From the NCBI GenBank assembly GCA_963823665.1, contig CAWGMQ010000008.1:128001-192000 (forward strand): a stretch of DNA of 64,000 nucleotides. Direction: 5' to 3'. The notes beneath the pieces were generated by a model. That model made no database searches, was not told where the DNA came from, and was given only the letters and a program-made list of their open reading frames with translations. This stretch comes from an uncultured Planctomycetota bacterium (lineage in GTDB: Bacteria > Planctomycetota > Planctomycetia > Isosphaerales > Isosphaeraceae). Below, piece by piece: positions 9,881 through 19,801 of the stretch (position 1 is the first letter of the stretch; each line of letters begins with the position of its first letter). The translations under genes and the position numbers were made by a program.

Positions 9881-10142
9881 CATCTCGGAGACCTGCGGTC
9901 ACGCGGCGGGGCGGGGTCGGAGACCCGCGCCCAACATTGCGACTGCGCATCTCGGAGACCTGCGGTCACGCCCTGGGGCGGGGTCGGAGACCCGCGCCGA
10001 ACACTGCGCCTGCGCGTCTCGGAGACCTGCGGTCACGCCCTGGGGCGGGGTCGGAGACCCGCGCCCAACACTGCGCCTGCGCGTCTCGGAGACCTGCGGT
10101 CACGCGCTGGGGCGGGGTCGGAGACTCGCGCTCAACATTGCG
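9881..10142 (+). repeat. Four tandem 67-bp REP-like units
   Basis: Units start at 9881, 9948, 10015 and 10082: TCTCGGAGACCTGCGGTCACGC..GGGGCGGGGTCGGAGACCCGCGCCCAACA. An inverted family member lies at 56051-56100. Confidence 0.9.
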
Positions 10143-10198
10143 TGGACGATTCAGCGTTTTCTGATGCGCGACGGTTTTGTGATGGCGGCCGCCGGAAT

Positions 10199-10350
10199 GC
10201 ACCCCCCCCTGGCCCCCCCTTCTAAAGGGGGGAAGCTTGGCGCAACATTCGCGGCCGGAAATCTCCGCTACTTATGCTGCAAGTTTTCAACAGACCGCCC
10301 TGGCCCCCCCTTCTAAACGACGGAGCCTCGCGCAACATACGCGGGGGGAA
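10199..10350. repeat. Two copies of a C-rich palindromic repeat (CCCCTGGCCCCCCCTTCTAA-GGGGGG type)
   Basis: Copies near 10202 and 10297; related inverted copy near 55045-55078. Confidence 0.6.
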
Positions 10351-10604
10351 ATCACCGTTCCTTGGATTACAAGTTTTCAACATCCCACCGCCCGCCCATC
10401 CATCGCGGGATTAATTCACAGCGGTAGCCAACGCTCCGTCGCCGTGTAGAGCCAATCGGTCCGCAGTGGCGGACCCTACATGTGGCGTGCTTGATTCTTC
10501 GCCCGGATCGACTCGCAGGCGCTTGACCACTGTCCTTCGCGCCGTTCAAAATGCCAGCCTGGCTCGAGACGATCTGTGAATACCACGGGGGCGAGGAGCG
10601 TGCA

Positions 10605-11342
10605 ATGGGGGAGAGTGCAAAATCGGTACTGGCGCTGTTCATGATCGTCGGAATGGTCGGGAGCGTCATGGCCTGGATGATGGATGGCGCGACGTGGCAG
10701 CCCAAGGCTGGTTTCCCGGCGCTCGCGGTTGGGTCACTCGGAATCCTCCTGTGGTCCTTGACGCGGAAAGACAAGTTCCCGGATTTGCTGCGGAAGCTCT
10801 GCGGCCAGTATTTCGAACGGGACGGATTCTGCTTCGCGATCGCGCCCGCGGCGTCGAAAGGCGAGGGGCGGCTTGATATCTATTTCCAGAATCGGTTCGA
10901 GAATCCTTGCCGCGCCCAGGTTGCGATCCGGCCTTCGCAGCAGTTCTTCCTCAATCGACGGCCGATCGAGATGTTGACCATCGAGATCGAATGCGAGGGA
11001 GCGGCGTTCGGAGTCGCGCGGGTGCCGTGGGCCGTGCCGGCGAAGCATCAGGGGAAACGCCAGTCGTTCGACGTTGGTGCCCATGTCGAGTATCCCTCAG
11101 GTCGCGGCAAGATGATCCGATACCGCGACGGACTGCGCGTCGGCACGGCCAAGCGTGACATCTGGTCGGGAATCTTGACGATGTCGGGAGCCGTCGGCGG
11201 GATGGTTGTGCTCTCACAGCCGGCCAAGGTCAAGGTCGTGCTCCCCAAGGGAATCGCCGAGGACGTGGCGGAGGATGCGCCTATCAAGATCGAGACCCTG
11301 TGGCGGCCCGTAGCCGAGGCAAACACGGTCAAGACCGCGTAG
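10605..11342 (+). CDS. Hypothetical membrane protein
   Basis: Two N-terminal hydrophobic helices; GAGGAG precedes ATG 10605. Confidence 0.7.
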   Translation: MGESAKSVLALFMIVGMVGSVMAWMMDGATWQPKAGFPALAVGSLGILLWSLTRKDKFPDLLRKLCGQYFERDGFCFAIAPAASKGEGRLDIYFQNRFENPCRAQVAIRPSQQFFLNRRPIEMLTIEIECEGAAFGVARVPWAVPAKHQGKRQSFDVGAHVEYPSGRGKMIRYRDGLRVGTAKRDIWSGILTMSGAVGGMVVLSQPAKVKVVLPKGIAEDVAEDAPIKIETLWRPVAEANTVKTA

Positions 11343-11544
11343 TTCAAGGTGCCAAGGGCTGAAGCCCGTGGCTATTAACCGAGGCCCCGTTGGGGCCATG
11401 GATAAGGCGGTCTTCCAATACCTTGAGTTTCACGCGAGTGTTTTCTAACTGCCGCTTACTTTCGAGAATCACATGCCGGTCATGTCCGTCGGTGCTCTCG
11501 CCCGAATGACAGTAGCCCACTCCGACCCACAATTGGAGCTTCCC

Positions 11545-12364
11545 ATGCCTGAATTGCCGAGACGAGACTTCATGGCGGCAACCGCGGGGCTGGCCGCAGC
11601 CGCCACTGCGGGTCTTGTGGGAGCAAAGCCGGCGGAGGCTGGCGATCCTACGTTCATGAACAATGTGCCCGACCCGTTGCTCGGCGGCGAGGAGCTGCCG
11701 ACGTTCAAGTACGAGCTGGAAAAGTCACGGGGCAAGGTGATCGGCAACAGCTCGGGCAAGGAGGCGACCGTCCTGCAATTGCCGATCTCCAAGGGGATTG
11801 CCGGCGTCTCGATGCGGCTCGAGCCGGGGGCGATGCGCGAGCTGCACTGGCACGCCACTGCGGCCGAGTGGGCGTTCGTGATCGAGGGGCGCGTGCGGAC
11901 GACGGTTATCGACCCGCGCGGCGGGGCCGAGACAAACGACTTCGACCCGGGAGACGTCTGGTACTTCCCACGCGGACACGGCCACATGCTGCAATCCCTG
12001 GGCAACGAGCCTACGCACTTCATCCTCATCTTCGACTATTGACGGCGACATCAGCGTCACGATGTTCGGCTCGCACGGGCGGTACCGAACTGAGACCCTC
12101 GCTAAAGGGGACGTCGGGTACATTCCGCAAGGTTACGGGCATTCGATTGAAAACGTGGGTGCCAAGCCGTGCCGCGTGCTGATCGGGTTCAATACTGGTG
12201 AATACGCGACGATCGACCTCTCGCAGTGGATCGCCGGTAACCCGCTGGACGTGCTGGCGACCAATTTCAGCAAGCCGGCGGGCCTTATTGAGAAGTTCCC
12301 GCATGGGGACGTGTTTGTGACGGGTAAAGATGGTCCGGGCCAAGGTAAGAATGCGCACGAGTGA
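11545..12364 (+). pseudogene. Tat-exported oxalate-decarboxylase-like bicupin with an internal deletion
   Basis: RRDFM twin-arginine leader; cupin-1 RELHWHATAAEW...YFPRGHGH; joined out of frame at about 12037 to the distal half of cupin-2 (IDGDISVTMFG...GDVGYIPQGYGHSIEN). Confidence 0.7.
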
Positions 12365-12479
12365 AGGCAATTTTGTTCGTCAATCGATCTGATCGCTGCA
12401 ACCCGGAAACTTTCTGGAAATCTCCTGGTCGACCGAGCGACAAATCCGGTAAGTCATCACATTTTATAGGTGCGGGAGT

Positions 12480-13760
12480 ACGCTTGCGCAGGGGTAATGC
12501 AGCCGGCGGGGGCCGGCTCGTGGCGCCGATCGCGTTTTGAAGGCACACCCCGGGGTCAGGAAGAATTCATTGATGATCGAGGGAAGTGTTCCAGAGAATC
12601 GAGGAGTTCCCGGGGCTCGAAGCGTTCCAGGGGCTCGAAGCCCCTGGCTTTCGACCTTCGCCCCGTTGGGGCGGGAACTGGCCGGGGAGTGGCCGACAGG
12701 AGTGTCGGCCCTACGGGGACTGGCACGCCGGGGCATGAGGACTGCGGTGGATGATGGGTGCTGTTGGGGGGGTCAGAGTGGGAATGAGATTGAGATCAAG
12801 ATCGGGATCAGGATTAAGATCAGGATCGCGCTGGTTTACAGTAGTGTACGAATGCTTGAAGGCCCCCGTAATATTGCCACTTTTTGCCATTTTCTCGACG
12901 GGTTCGACGATTGCTTCGGATGGAATTTCTGCTCTGCAAGTTGAATCGGCATAATCGGATAGGAATAGAGCGAGGGCGTTCTTTGGCGATAGCAAAAGCT
13001 CATGGCATGGGTCACTGAAAATTGCCACGGCAAATCGCGGGTGTTGTTCACTATGTTTTTGGCCCTTTTTTCAGGCCACTCTTAACCGAGATTCTCGTCG
13101 GCACACGCGAGCGTAGACGGCTCAGGGCGAGACGGTCGGTTGCATAGCAAACGGTGGGAATGGGAAAGCCCCTTCGCGGAGCGAACGGCGACAATGGGTG
13201 TGTCGGAACGGGAGGCCCCTTCGCGCTGCGAAGGGCGACAATGGGTGTGGTTCGCCGTTGACCGAACCGGCTATCTCCACACGGAAATCGCGACGCGTGG
13301 CCTTTGCCGTCATTAAAGGAACGATCGCTACAATGCGGAAGTTTGGGGGTGCCAAATGACGCAGATGACGCAGATGACGGAGGGCAGCATCTGCTAAACG
13401 CGTGCTTCCACGACTGCGAGTCCGTCGTTTCAGCGTTCGTCTGACGGTTTGACCCCCTCGGCGCGTTGGAACGAGAGGGCGGAGGGCGGGGTGCGGAGGA
13501 GGGCAACATGCGGATGTCATCGCCGAACGCGCCGCGGAGCGGCCTTCGGGACGTTCCGACGCGGAGCATTGAAACGAGAGAAACCGTCCGTGCTTCAGCA
13601 ATGATCTGCGGCGGAACGCTCCGTGGCTTCGGGCGCGCGGGATATCGGTGGAGTTTGGCAAGACAAAGGCGGCTCGCTTGATCACGATCAGCGTCGAGCA
13701 GATGTAAGAGCACGTCTGCGCCACCTCTGCGCCACCACTGCGCCACCTCGCAACTCGATT
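12480..13760. repeat. Intergenic cluster of several REP-like and simple repeats
   Basis: CCAGGGGCTCGAAGCCCCTGG (about 12627); GATCAG-type hexamers (12787-12827); two CCCTTCGCG..GCGAA.GGCGACAATGGGTGTG copies (about 13170 and 13217); GATGACGCA repeats (about 13356-13378); CTGCGCCACC x3 (about 13716-13748). Confidence 0.65.
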
Positions 13761-13972
13761 CGCGGCAATGAGTTACTGCGGTTCTGCGCGTGTTCCGGTT
13801 ATTCCTGCGCCACCCTTAAGGTCAACCGCCGCAAGGGGTTGGCGCAGATGATGGGTGGCGCAGGCCCAAAGAGTTTTTTTGTTCTGATTTGCACGGCTAC
13901 AAGAACTGCTGACTCAGGAGCGGGTGGAAACAACTCCCGCCGAGGAAGCACCGCCGAGGATTCCACTTGCCG

Positions 13973-14000
13973 TTGACCGAAGCGGGCAGATCCATACAAT
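13973..14000 (+). promoter_or_regulatory. Sigma70-type promoter for the lysS operon
   Basis: TTGACC-N16-TACAAT, 55 nt upstream of the lysS ATG. Confidence 0.55.
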
Positions 14001-14055
14001 TTGGGGTCCTGCTCGCCCGAAGTGGATGGTTGCGAACAACTAATGTAAGGGAACG

Positions 14056-15525
14056 ATGGCCGAAGAGCCGCGAGACAACCTCGAAGCGGTGCGCCTGGAA
14101 AAGCTCGAGCGAATCGCCGGCCTGGGGATCGACCCGTGGGGCCAGCGTTTCGACGGGCATCAGGCCATCGCGGCGGTCCGCGCTTTACCGGTTCCCGCGG
14201 CTGAGCCGGGGAGTGAGCCCACGGGACCTGTTGTTCGGGTTGCGGGGCGGATCATGCTTCGCCGTGGTCAGGGGAAGGTCTACTTCCTCGACCTTCGCGA
14301 CTGGACTGAACACATCCAGATTTTTATCGGAAAGAAGCAAGTCGGCGACCAAGGCTGGAGCCTGGTCGAATTGCTTGACCTGGGAGACCTGATCGGAGTC
14401 GACGGCCGGCTGGGCTACACCAAGACCGGTGAGCTCACCGTCTTCGCCGAGAAGATCACGATCCTGACCAAGAGCTTGCTGCCGCCGCCGGAAAAATGGC
14501 ATGGCTTGACCGATGTCGAACAGCGCTACCGCCAGCGCTACGTCGACCTGTTCAGCAATCCCGAATCGCTCGCCACGTTCATCGCCCGCTCCAGGCTCAT
14601 CGCCTCGTTTCGCCGGACGATGGCCGAGAAGGGCTTTCTCGAAGTCGAAACGCCCACGATGCAATCGATCGCCGGCGGGGCGGCCGCGCGGCCGTTCATC
14701 ACGCATCACAATGCACTCGACCTCGATCTGTTTCTCCGGATCGCACTCGAGCTGCACTTGAAGCGGCTTCTCGTGGGCGGGATGGAGCGCGTGTTCGAGA
14801 TTGGCCGGGTGTACCGGAATGAAGGGCTGAGCCCGCGGCATAACCCCGAGTTCACCATGATGGAGGCGTACCAGGCCTACGCGAACTATGAAGTCATGAT
14901 GGAGCTGACGGAGTCGCTGATCTGCGGCGCGATCGAATCGATCGGTGGTGGGTTTCAGCGTCCGTGGGGCGAGTCGACGATTGACTTCACTCCGCCCTGG
15001 CCGCGCCGCACGTATGCCGAGCTGATCCATCAATACGCGAGCATTGATCCGGCTGATTTCGCGGCGATCAAGGCGAAGGCCGAATCTTGCGGGATTGCGA
15101 CGGCGGGCAAAGACCCCGACGTGGTCACCAGCGAGGTTTTTGAAGCGGTCGTCGAAGATCAGCTCACCGGTCCGATCTTTGTGATCGACTATCCTGCGGC
15201 GATCTGCCCGCTCACGAAGCGGAAGGCTTCAAACCCTCGAGTCGCCGAGCGATTCGAGCTTTATGTGAACGGCATTGAGCTTGCGAATGCCTACACCGAG
15301 CTGAATGACCCCAGACTGCAAGAAGAGCTGTTCGCCATGCAGCTTGCGGGGTTGCCCGAGGAGGAGTCGATGGCCAAGAAGGACGACGACTTCGTCCGGG
15401 CGCTCAAGCACGGCATGCCCCCGGCCGGCGGGCTGGGAATCGGGATCGACCGGCTGTGCATGATGTTGATGAATCGCGCGAGCATTCGCGATGTGATTCT
15501 GTTTCCGCTCTTGCGTCCTGAATAG
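14056..15525 (+). CDS. lysS: Lysine--tRNA ligase (class II)
   Basis: PEKWHGLTDVEQRYRQRYVDL, FLEVETP, YRNEG..RHNPEFT, GMPPAGGLGIGIDRL. Confidence 0.97.
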   Translation: MAEEPRDNLEAVRLEKLERIAGLGIDPWGQRFDGHQAIAAVRALPVPAAEPGSEPTGPVVRVAGRIMLRRGQGKVYFLDLRDWTEHIQIFIGKKQVGDQGWSLVELLDLGDLIGVDGRLGYTKTGELTVFAEKITILTKSLLPPPEKWHGLTDVEQRYRQRYVDLFSNPESLATFIARSRLIASFRRTMAEKGFLEVETPTMQSIAGGAAARPFITHHNALDLDLFLRIALELHLKRLLVGGMERVFEIGRVYRNEGLSPRHNPEFTMMEAYQAYANYEVMMELTESLICGAIESIGGGFQRPWGESTIDFTPPWPRRTYAELIHQYASIDPADFAAIKAKAESCGIATAGKDPDVVTSEVFEAVVEDQLTGPIFVIDYPAAICPLTKRKASNPRVAERFELYVNGIELANAYTELNDPRLQEELFAMQLAGLPEEESMAKKDDDFVRALKHGMPPAGGLGIGIDRLCMMLMNRASIRDVILFPLLRPE

Positions 15526-15558
15526 TCGAGACGGCGTTCCACGGAGGGAGAGTCGCAA

Positions 15559-16974
15559 GTGTATAAGTATTTGCTTTGCTGGCGGTATTTGAAGACACGC
15601 TATATCGCGCTGGCGAGCGTGATCAGCGTGATGCTCGGGGTTGCGACGATGATCGTCGTGAACTCGGTGATGGCGGGTTTCGCCGAGAAGATGCGCGACC
15701 GGCTGCACGGCGTGCTGGCGGACGTTGTTGTCGATTGCGTTTCACTCGACGGGTTCTACAACTCAGACGAAGTGATGGCGCGGATCAATCAAGTCGCCGG
15801 AGACGAAGTGATCGCCCTGGCGCCGACGATGGAAACGCCCGGAATCCTGCATTTCCGCTATCCCAATGGTCAGGTCATCACCAGGCCCGTCCAGCTCATC
15901 GGCGTCAAGCCACTGGACCGCGCCAAGACGGGTGACTTTGCCGAGTTTCTCTTTGACGATCGCGGGCAGAGGATCAAGCCATCGTTCGAGGTGACCAAAG
16001 AGCTCAAGATGCAATCGCCGCGCGCGGAGATACTCAAGGAGCTTGGCGATAATGACATGGACAAATTGATGGCGCAGGAAATCAAGTCGCAGATCGACGA
16101 AGATCTCCCCGACCATGGGACGATCCTCGGCTACGCGCTGGCGACGTGGCATCCCGGGCACGGCAAGGAGGACGTCTTCCTGGCTCCTCCGGGCACCAAG
16201 GTCGGGCTGCTGTTTCCGCGGGCCGGGCAGTTCAAGTCGGAGGGGGGCTTCGCGACATTCACGGTTGTCGGCTTTTTCAAGAGCGGGATGAGCGAGTACG
16301 ATTCGACACACGTGTATGTGCCGCTCGAGCGCTTGCAGGACCAGCGGCTGTTGCGCGATGTTCACGGCCGCGGTGCGGTCAATCAGATCCAGATCAAGGT
16401 GAAGCCCGGCGTCGATCTCGATCAGCTTGCCGAGAAGGTTCAGGATGCTCTGAATGAGCTCCAGCCCACGTTCTTCCGGGTTGAGACCTGGGAAAAGAAG
16501 CAAGGCCCGCTTCTGGGTGCCGTGGCGGTCGAGCAGAGCATTCTCAACATCCTCTTGTTCTTCATCATCGCCGTGGCCGGCTTCGGGATTTTGGCCATCT
16601 TCTCGATGATCGTGGTGGAGAAAACGCGGGATATCGGGGTCATGAAGGCGCTCGGCGCATCCACCGCTGGAGTGCGCGGCATCTTCCTCGGCTACGGGCT
16701 GCTGCTGGGCGCAGTTGGCAGCGGCGTGGGAATGGCGGGCGGTCTGCTGTTTGTTCGCTATATCAACGAATGTGAGAGAACGCTCAGCATCGCCATGGGC
16801 CACAAGGTTTTCGATGACACGATCTACTATTTCGACAAGATCCCGACGCTCGTGGAGCCGTTCACGGTCGGCTGGATCGTTGCCGGGGCCATGTTGATCG
16901 CGGTGCTGGCGAGTATATGGCCGGCACACCGGGCAGCGAACGTCCATCCGGTCCGATCGCTGCGTTACGAGTAG
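15559..16974 (+). CDS. LolC/E-family (FtsX-like) ABC permease
   Basis: LGVATMIVVNSVMAGF, VVEKTRDIGVMKALGA, PAHRAA..PVRSLRYE. Confidence 0.88.
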   Translation: MYKYLLCWRYLKTRYIALASVISVMLGVATMIVVNSVMAGFAEKMRDRLHGVLADVVVDCVSLDGFYNSDEVMARINQVAGDEVIALAPTMETPGILHFRYPNGQVITRPVQLIGVKPLDRAKTGDFAEFLFDDRGQRIKPSFEVTKELKMQSPRAEILKELGDNDMDKLMAQEIKSQIDEDLPDHGTILGYALATWHPGHGKEDVFLAPPGTKVGLLFPRAGQFKSEGGFATFTVVGFFKSGMSEYDSTHVYVPLERLQDQRLLRDVHGRGAVNQIQIKVKPGVDLDQLAEKVQDALNELQPTFFRVETWEKKQGPLLGAVAVEQSILNILLFFIIAVAGFGILAIFSMIVVEKTRDIGVMKALGASTAGVRGIFLGYGLLLGAVGSGVGMAGGLLFVRYINECERTLSIAMGHKVFDDTIYYFDKIPTLVEPFTVGWIVAGAMLIAVLASIWPAHRAANVHPVRSLRYE

Positions 16975-17036
16975 GGCCCCTCGCACTAACGTCAGGCTAA
17001 AGCCTGACCTACTCAAACCCATGGAAGGCGAAGACG

Positions 17037-17747
17037 ATGACGGGCCAGCTCAAAGCATTTGGTCTGACCAAGAGCTACTGGAAAGGGCGGAACGAAGTTC
17101 CGGTTCTGCGCGGCGTGGATCTGGAGGTCGACCGCGGCGAAATGGTTGCCGTGGCGGGCTCGAGCGGCTCGGGCAAGAGCACGCTGCTCCACATTCTAGG
17201 GTTACTCGACGGGCCGGATTCGGGCGAGGTCTGGCTCGAAAACTCACGGATCGACAAACAGTCCGAGGCGAAGCGCGACCGGCTGCGGAACCGCGCCTTC
17301 GGGTTCATCTTCCAGTTCTATCACCTGCTTCCGGAGTTAACGGCGCTCGAGAACGTGATGATGCCGCAGTTGATTCGCCACGGCATCTTGTCGTACTGGC
17401 CAGTGCGGCGCCGGCTGCGCCGCGAAGGTCAAGAGCTGCTCGAGCGGGTGGGATTGGGCCATCGGCTGACGCATCTGCCGACCGAGCTCTCCGGCGGCGA
17501 GATGCAGCGCGCGGCGATTGCCCGTGCCCTGGCAAGCCATCCCGCGATCTTGCTGGCGGATGAGCCCACCGGAAACCTGGATGCGGGCAATGGCCAGGCT
17601 GTGATCGAGCTGCTGCGCGACTTGAACCGCGAGCGCGACCTCACTATCATTTTGGTAACGCACGATCAGCACATTGCTCAGCAGGCCGACCGGGTTGTCC
17701 GGCTTGCCGAGGGCCGAATTGAAGAATGGTGTCCCGCGCTCTCCTGA
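17037..17747 (+). CDS. lolD: LolD-like ABC transporter ATP-binding protein
   Basis: GSSGSGKST, FQFYHLLPELTALENV, LSGGEMQR, LADEPTGNLD. Confidence 0.88.
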   Translation: MTGQLKAFGLTKSYWKGRNEVPVLRGVDLEVDRGEMVAVAGSSGSGKSTLLHILGLLDGPDSGEVWLENSRIDKQSEAKRDRLRNRAFGFIFQFYHLLPELTALENVMMPQLIRHGILSYWPVRRRLRREGQELLERVGLGHRLTHLPTELSGGEMQRAAIARALASHPAILLADEPTGNLDAGNGQAVIELLRDLNRERDLTIILVTHDQHIAQQADRVVRLAEGRIEEWCPALS

Positions 17748-17810
17748 ATGCATGATCGTGGCGGTAGCAGGGCGCCGGATCCCACGTTGGGAGAGTGGAG
17801 CGCAGCCGGA

Positions 17811-18674
17811 ATGAACCCGAGAGTTTACATCAGCGGGAAGCTTTTCGAGAAGTCCGACGCAAAGATCAGCGTGTTCGACCACGGCCTGCTGTATGGCGAC
17901 GGGGTCTTCGAGGGCATCCGTGCCTATTCGGGGCGTGTCTTCCGTCTCAAGCAGCACGTTGACCGCCTGTATCGATCGGCACTGGGAATCCACCTCGAGA
18001 TTCCCATGAAACGCGAGGAGATGGCGGCGGCGATTGTGGATACGCTCGCCCAGAACAAGCTCGTCGACGCGTATATCCGGGTACTGGTAACCCGAGGCGC
18101 CGGCAGCCTCGGGCTCGATCCGCGGAAGACTTCGGACCCGCAGGTCATCATCATCACTGATAAGATCAGCCTCTATCCCGACGAGCTTTATGAGCATGGC
18201 CTGAAGATTGTCACGGCCGCCACCACGAGGAATCACCCCAATGCGGTGAATCCGCGGATCAAGTCGCTCAATTACTTGAACAATATTCTGGCCAAGATGG
18301 AAGGCATCGAGGCGGGCTGCGTGGAAGCCCTCATGCTCAATCACAAAGGCGAGGTTGCCGAATGCACGGGCGACAACATTTTCGTGGTGCATTCGGGCGC
18401 GATCCACACGCCGTCGGTCGATTCGGGAATCCTCGAAGGGATCACGCGGGAGGCAGTCATCGAGCTGGCCCGCGCGGCCGGATACTCGGTGACCGAGCGG
18501 ACGATGGACCGGCACGACGTTTTCACTGCGGACGAGTGTTTCCTGACGGGAACCGCGGCCGAGCTGATTCCCGTCGTCGCCTGTGACGGGCGCAACATCG
18601 GCTCGGGCCGGCCGGGGCCGATCACCCGTGAGCTCCGCGAGCGGTTTCACCGCCTCGTCCGCGAAGAGCGATAA
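17811..18674 (+). CDS. ilvE: Branched-chain amino acid aminotransferase
   Basis: FDHGLLYGDGVFEGIRAY, KSLNYLNN, ILEGITR, FLTGTAAE. Confidence 0.93.
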   Translation: MNPRVYISGKLFEKSDAKISVFDHGLLYGDGVFEGIRAYSGRVFRLKQHVDRLYRSALGIHLEIPMKREEMAAAIVDTLAQNKLVDAYIRVLVTRGAGSLGLDPRKTSDPQVIIITDKISLYPDELYEHGLKIVTAATTRNHPNAVNPRIKSLNYLNNILAKMEGIEAGCVEALMLNHKGEVAECTGDNIFVVHSGAIHTPSVDSGILEGITREAVIELARAAGYSVTERTMDRHDVFTADECFLTGTAAELIPVVACDGRNIGSGRPGPITRELRERFHRLVREER

Positions 18675-18689
18675 CCGAAGAGAATCAGC

Positions 18690-19160
18690 GTGATCGAGAT
18701 CAGCTCCATCCTGGCTCCGACTGATTTCTCCAGCCACTCCGAGCGCGCGGTATGGTACGCCTGCCAGCTCGCCGAAAGGCTGAATGCTCCGCTGCACCTG
18801 CTGCACGTCTTGAGTGAGATCGTTCCGGCTGGTCCGGACCCACTGCTCATGCCCGTGATGCCGCCCCAGTTCTACAAGGAAAACGAAGACCGGGCTCTAG
18901 TCACGCTCGAGCAATTGCCGCATCCTGACTGGGGAAAACCCCCCTCCGTGCTGAGGTCCGTCCGGTGGGGAAGCCCCGTCGACTCGATTGTGTCTTACGC
19001 GATCGACTACAAGATCGGCATGCTCGTCATCGCAACGCACGGCCGCACCGGGTTGAGCCACGTCTTGCTGGGTTCGGTGGCCGAGCACATCGTCCGCGAG
19101 GCACCGTGCCCGGTTCTGACCATCCGGGAGAACAGCCGGGGCCGGCCGGCCGCCGACTGA
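18690..19160 (+). CDS. Universal stress protein
   Basis: ILAPTDFS...ATHGRTGLSHVLLGSVAEHIVREAPCPVLT. Confidence 0.92.
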   Translation: MIEISSILAPTDFSSHSERAVWYACQLAERLNAPLHLLHVLSEIVPAGPDPLLMPVMPPQFYKENEDRALVTLEQLPHPDWGKPPSVLRSVRWGSPVDSIVSYAIDYKIGMLVIATHGRTGLSHVLLGSVAEHIVREAPCPVLTIRENSRGRPAAD

Positions 19161-19261
19161 GGGTGGCTCGAATAAGCTTCCGAAACGCCGATCGATCCAG
19201 TCGCATGACTCGCGACGCGACTTTCCAGGCATTCACCCGCCTTCCTCGAAGGAGTGCAACT

Positions 19262-19792
19262 GTGACGGAAGCGGCATCCCGGCGTCGAGTGATCTATCGC
19301 GGCTCGAAATTCAACCTGGCGCTCGAGCCCTACGAGCGCGCCGATGGACTGGCTGGGGAGCGTGAGCTTGTGATCCACCCGGGGGCAGTTGCGCTGGTTC
19401 CGCTGATTGACAGCGAACACGTGTGCCTGGTCGAGAATGAACGCTACGCGGCGGGTAAGACACTGCTGGAAGTTCCTGCCGGAACGATCGATCCCGGTGA
19501 GGCTCCCGAGGTGACGGCCGGGCGCGAGCTCGTGGAGGAAACCGGCTACCGGGCTGGCAAGATCACGCGCATCCGCGAGTGGTTTGTTTCACCCGGATTC
19601 TTGACGGAGAAGATGTATCTCTTCCTCTGCGAAGAACTCGCGGCCGGCCGGCAAGCCCTTGAGCCCGACGAGCGATTGCGCCCTGTTGTCGTGCGCTGGG
19701 AGGATGCGGTTGCGATGGCTTTCGACGGCCGGATTGAAGACGCGAAAACAATCATCGCGTTGCTCGTCTGCGACCGGCTCAGAAAACGGTGA
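19262..19792 (+). CDS. NUDIX hydrolase (ADP-ribose pyrophosphatase-like)
   Basis: Nudix box PAGTIDPGEAPEVTAGRELVEETG; GAAGGAG before GTG 19262. Confidence 0.88.
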   Translation: MTEAASRRRVIYRGSKFNLALEPYERADGLAGERELVIHPGAVALVPLIDSEHVCLVENERYAAGKTLLEVPAGTIDPGEAPEVTAGRELVEETGYRAGKITRIREWFVSPGFLTEKMYLFLCEELAAGRQALEPDERLRPVVVRWEDAVAMAFDGRIEDAKTIIALLVCDRLRKR

Positions 19793-19801
19793 GACCCGGC
19801 G

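Noticed and set aside
9881..10142. Possible CRISPR array
   Set aside because: The whole 67-bp unit repeats with no unique spacers; no cas genes in the window.
11344..11532. Small minus-strand ORF (ILESKRQLENTRVKLKVLEDR)
   Set aside because: It may be a gene fragment cut by a REP, but the evidence is too thin to call.
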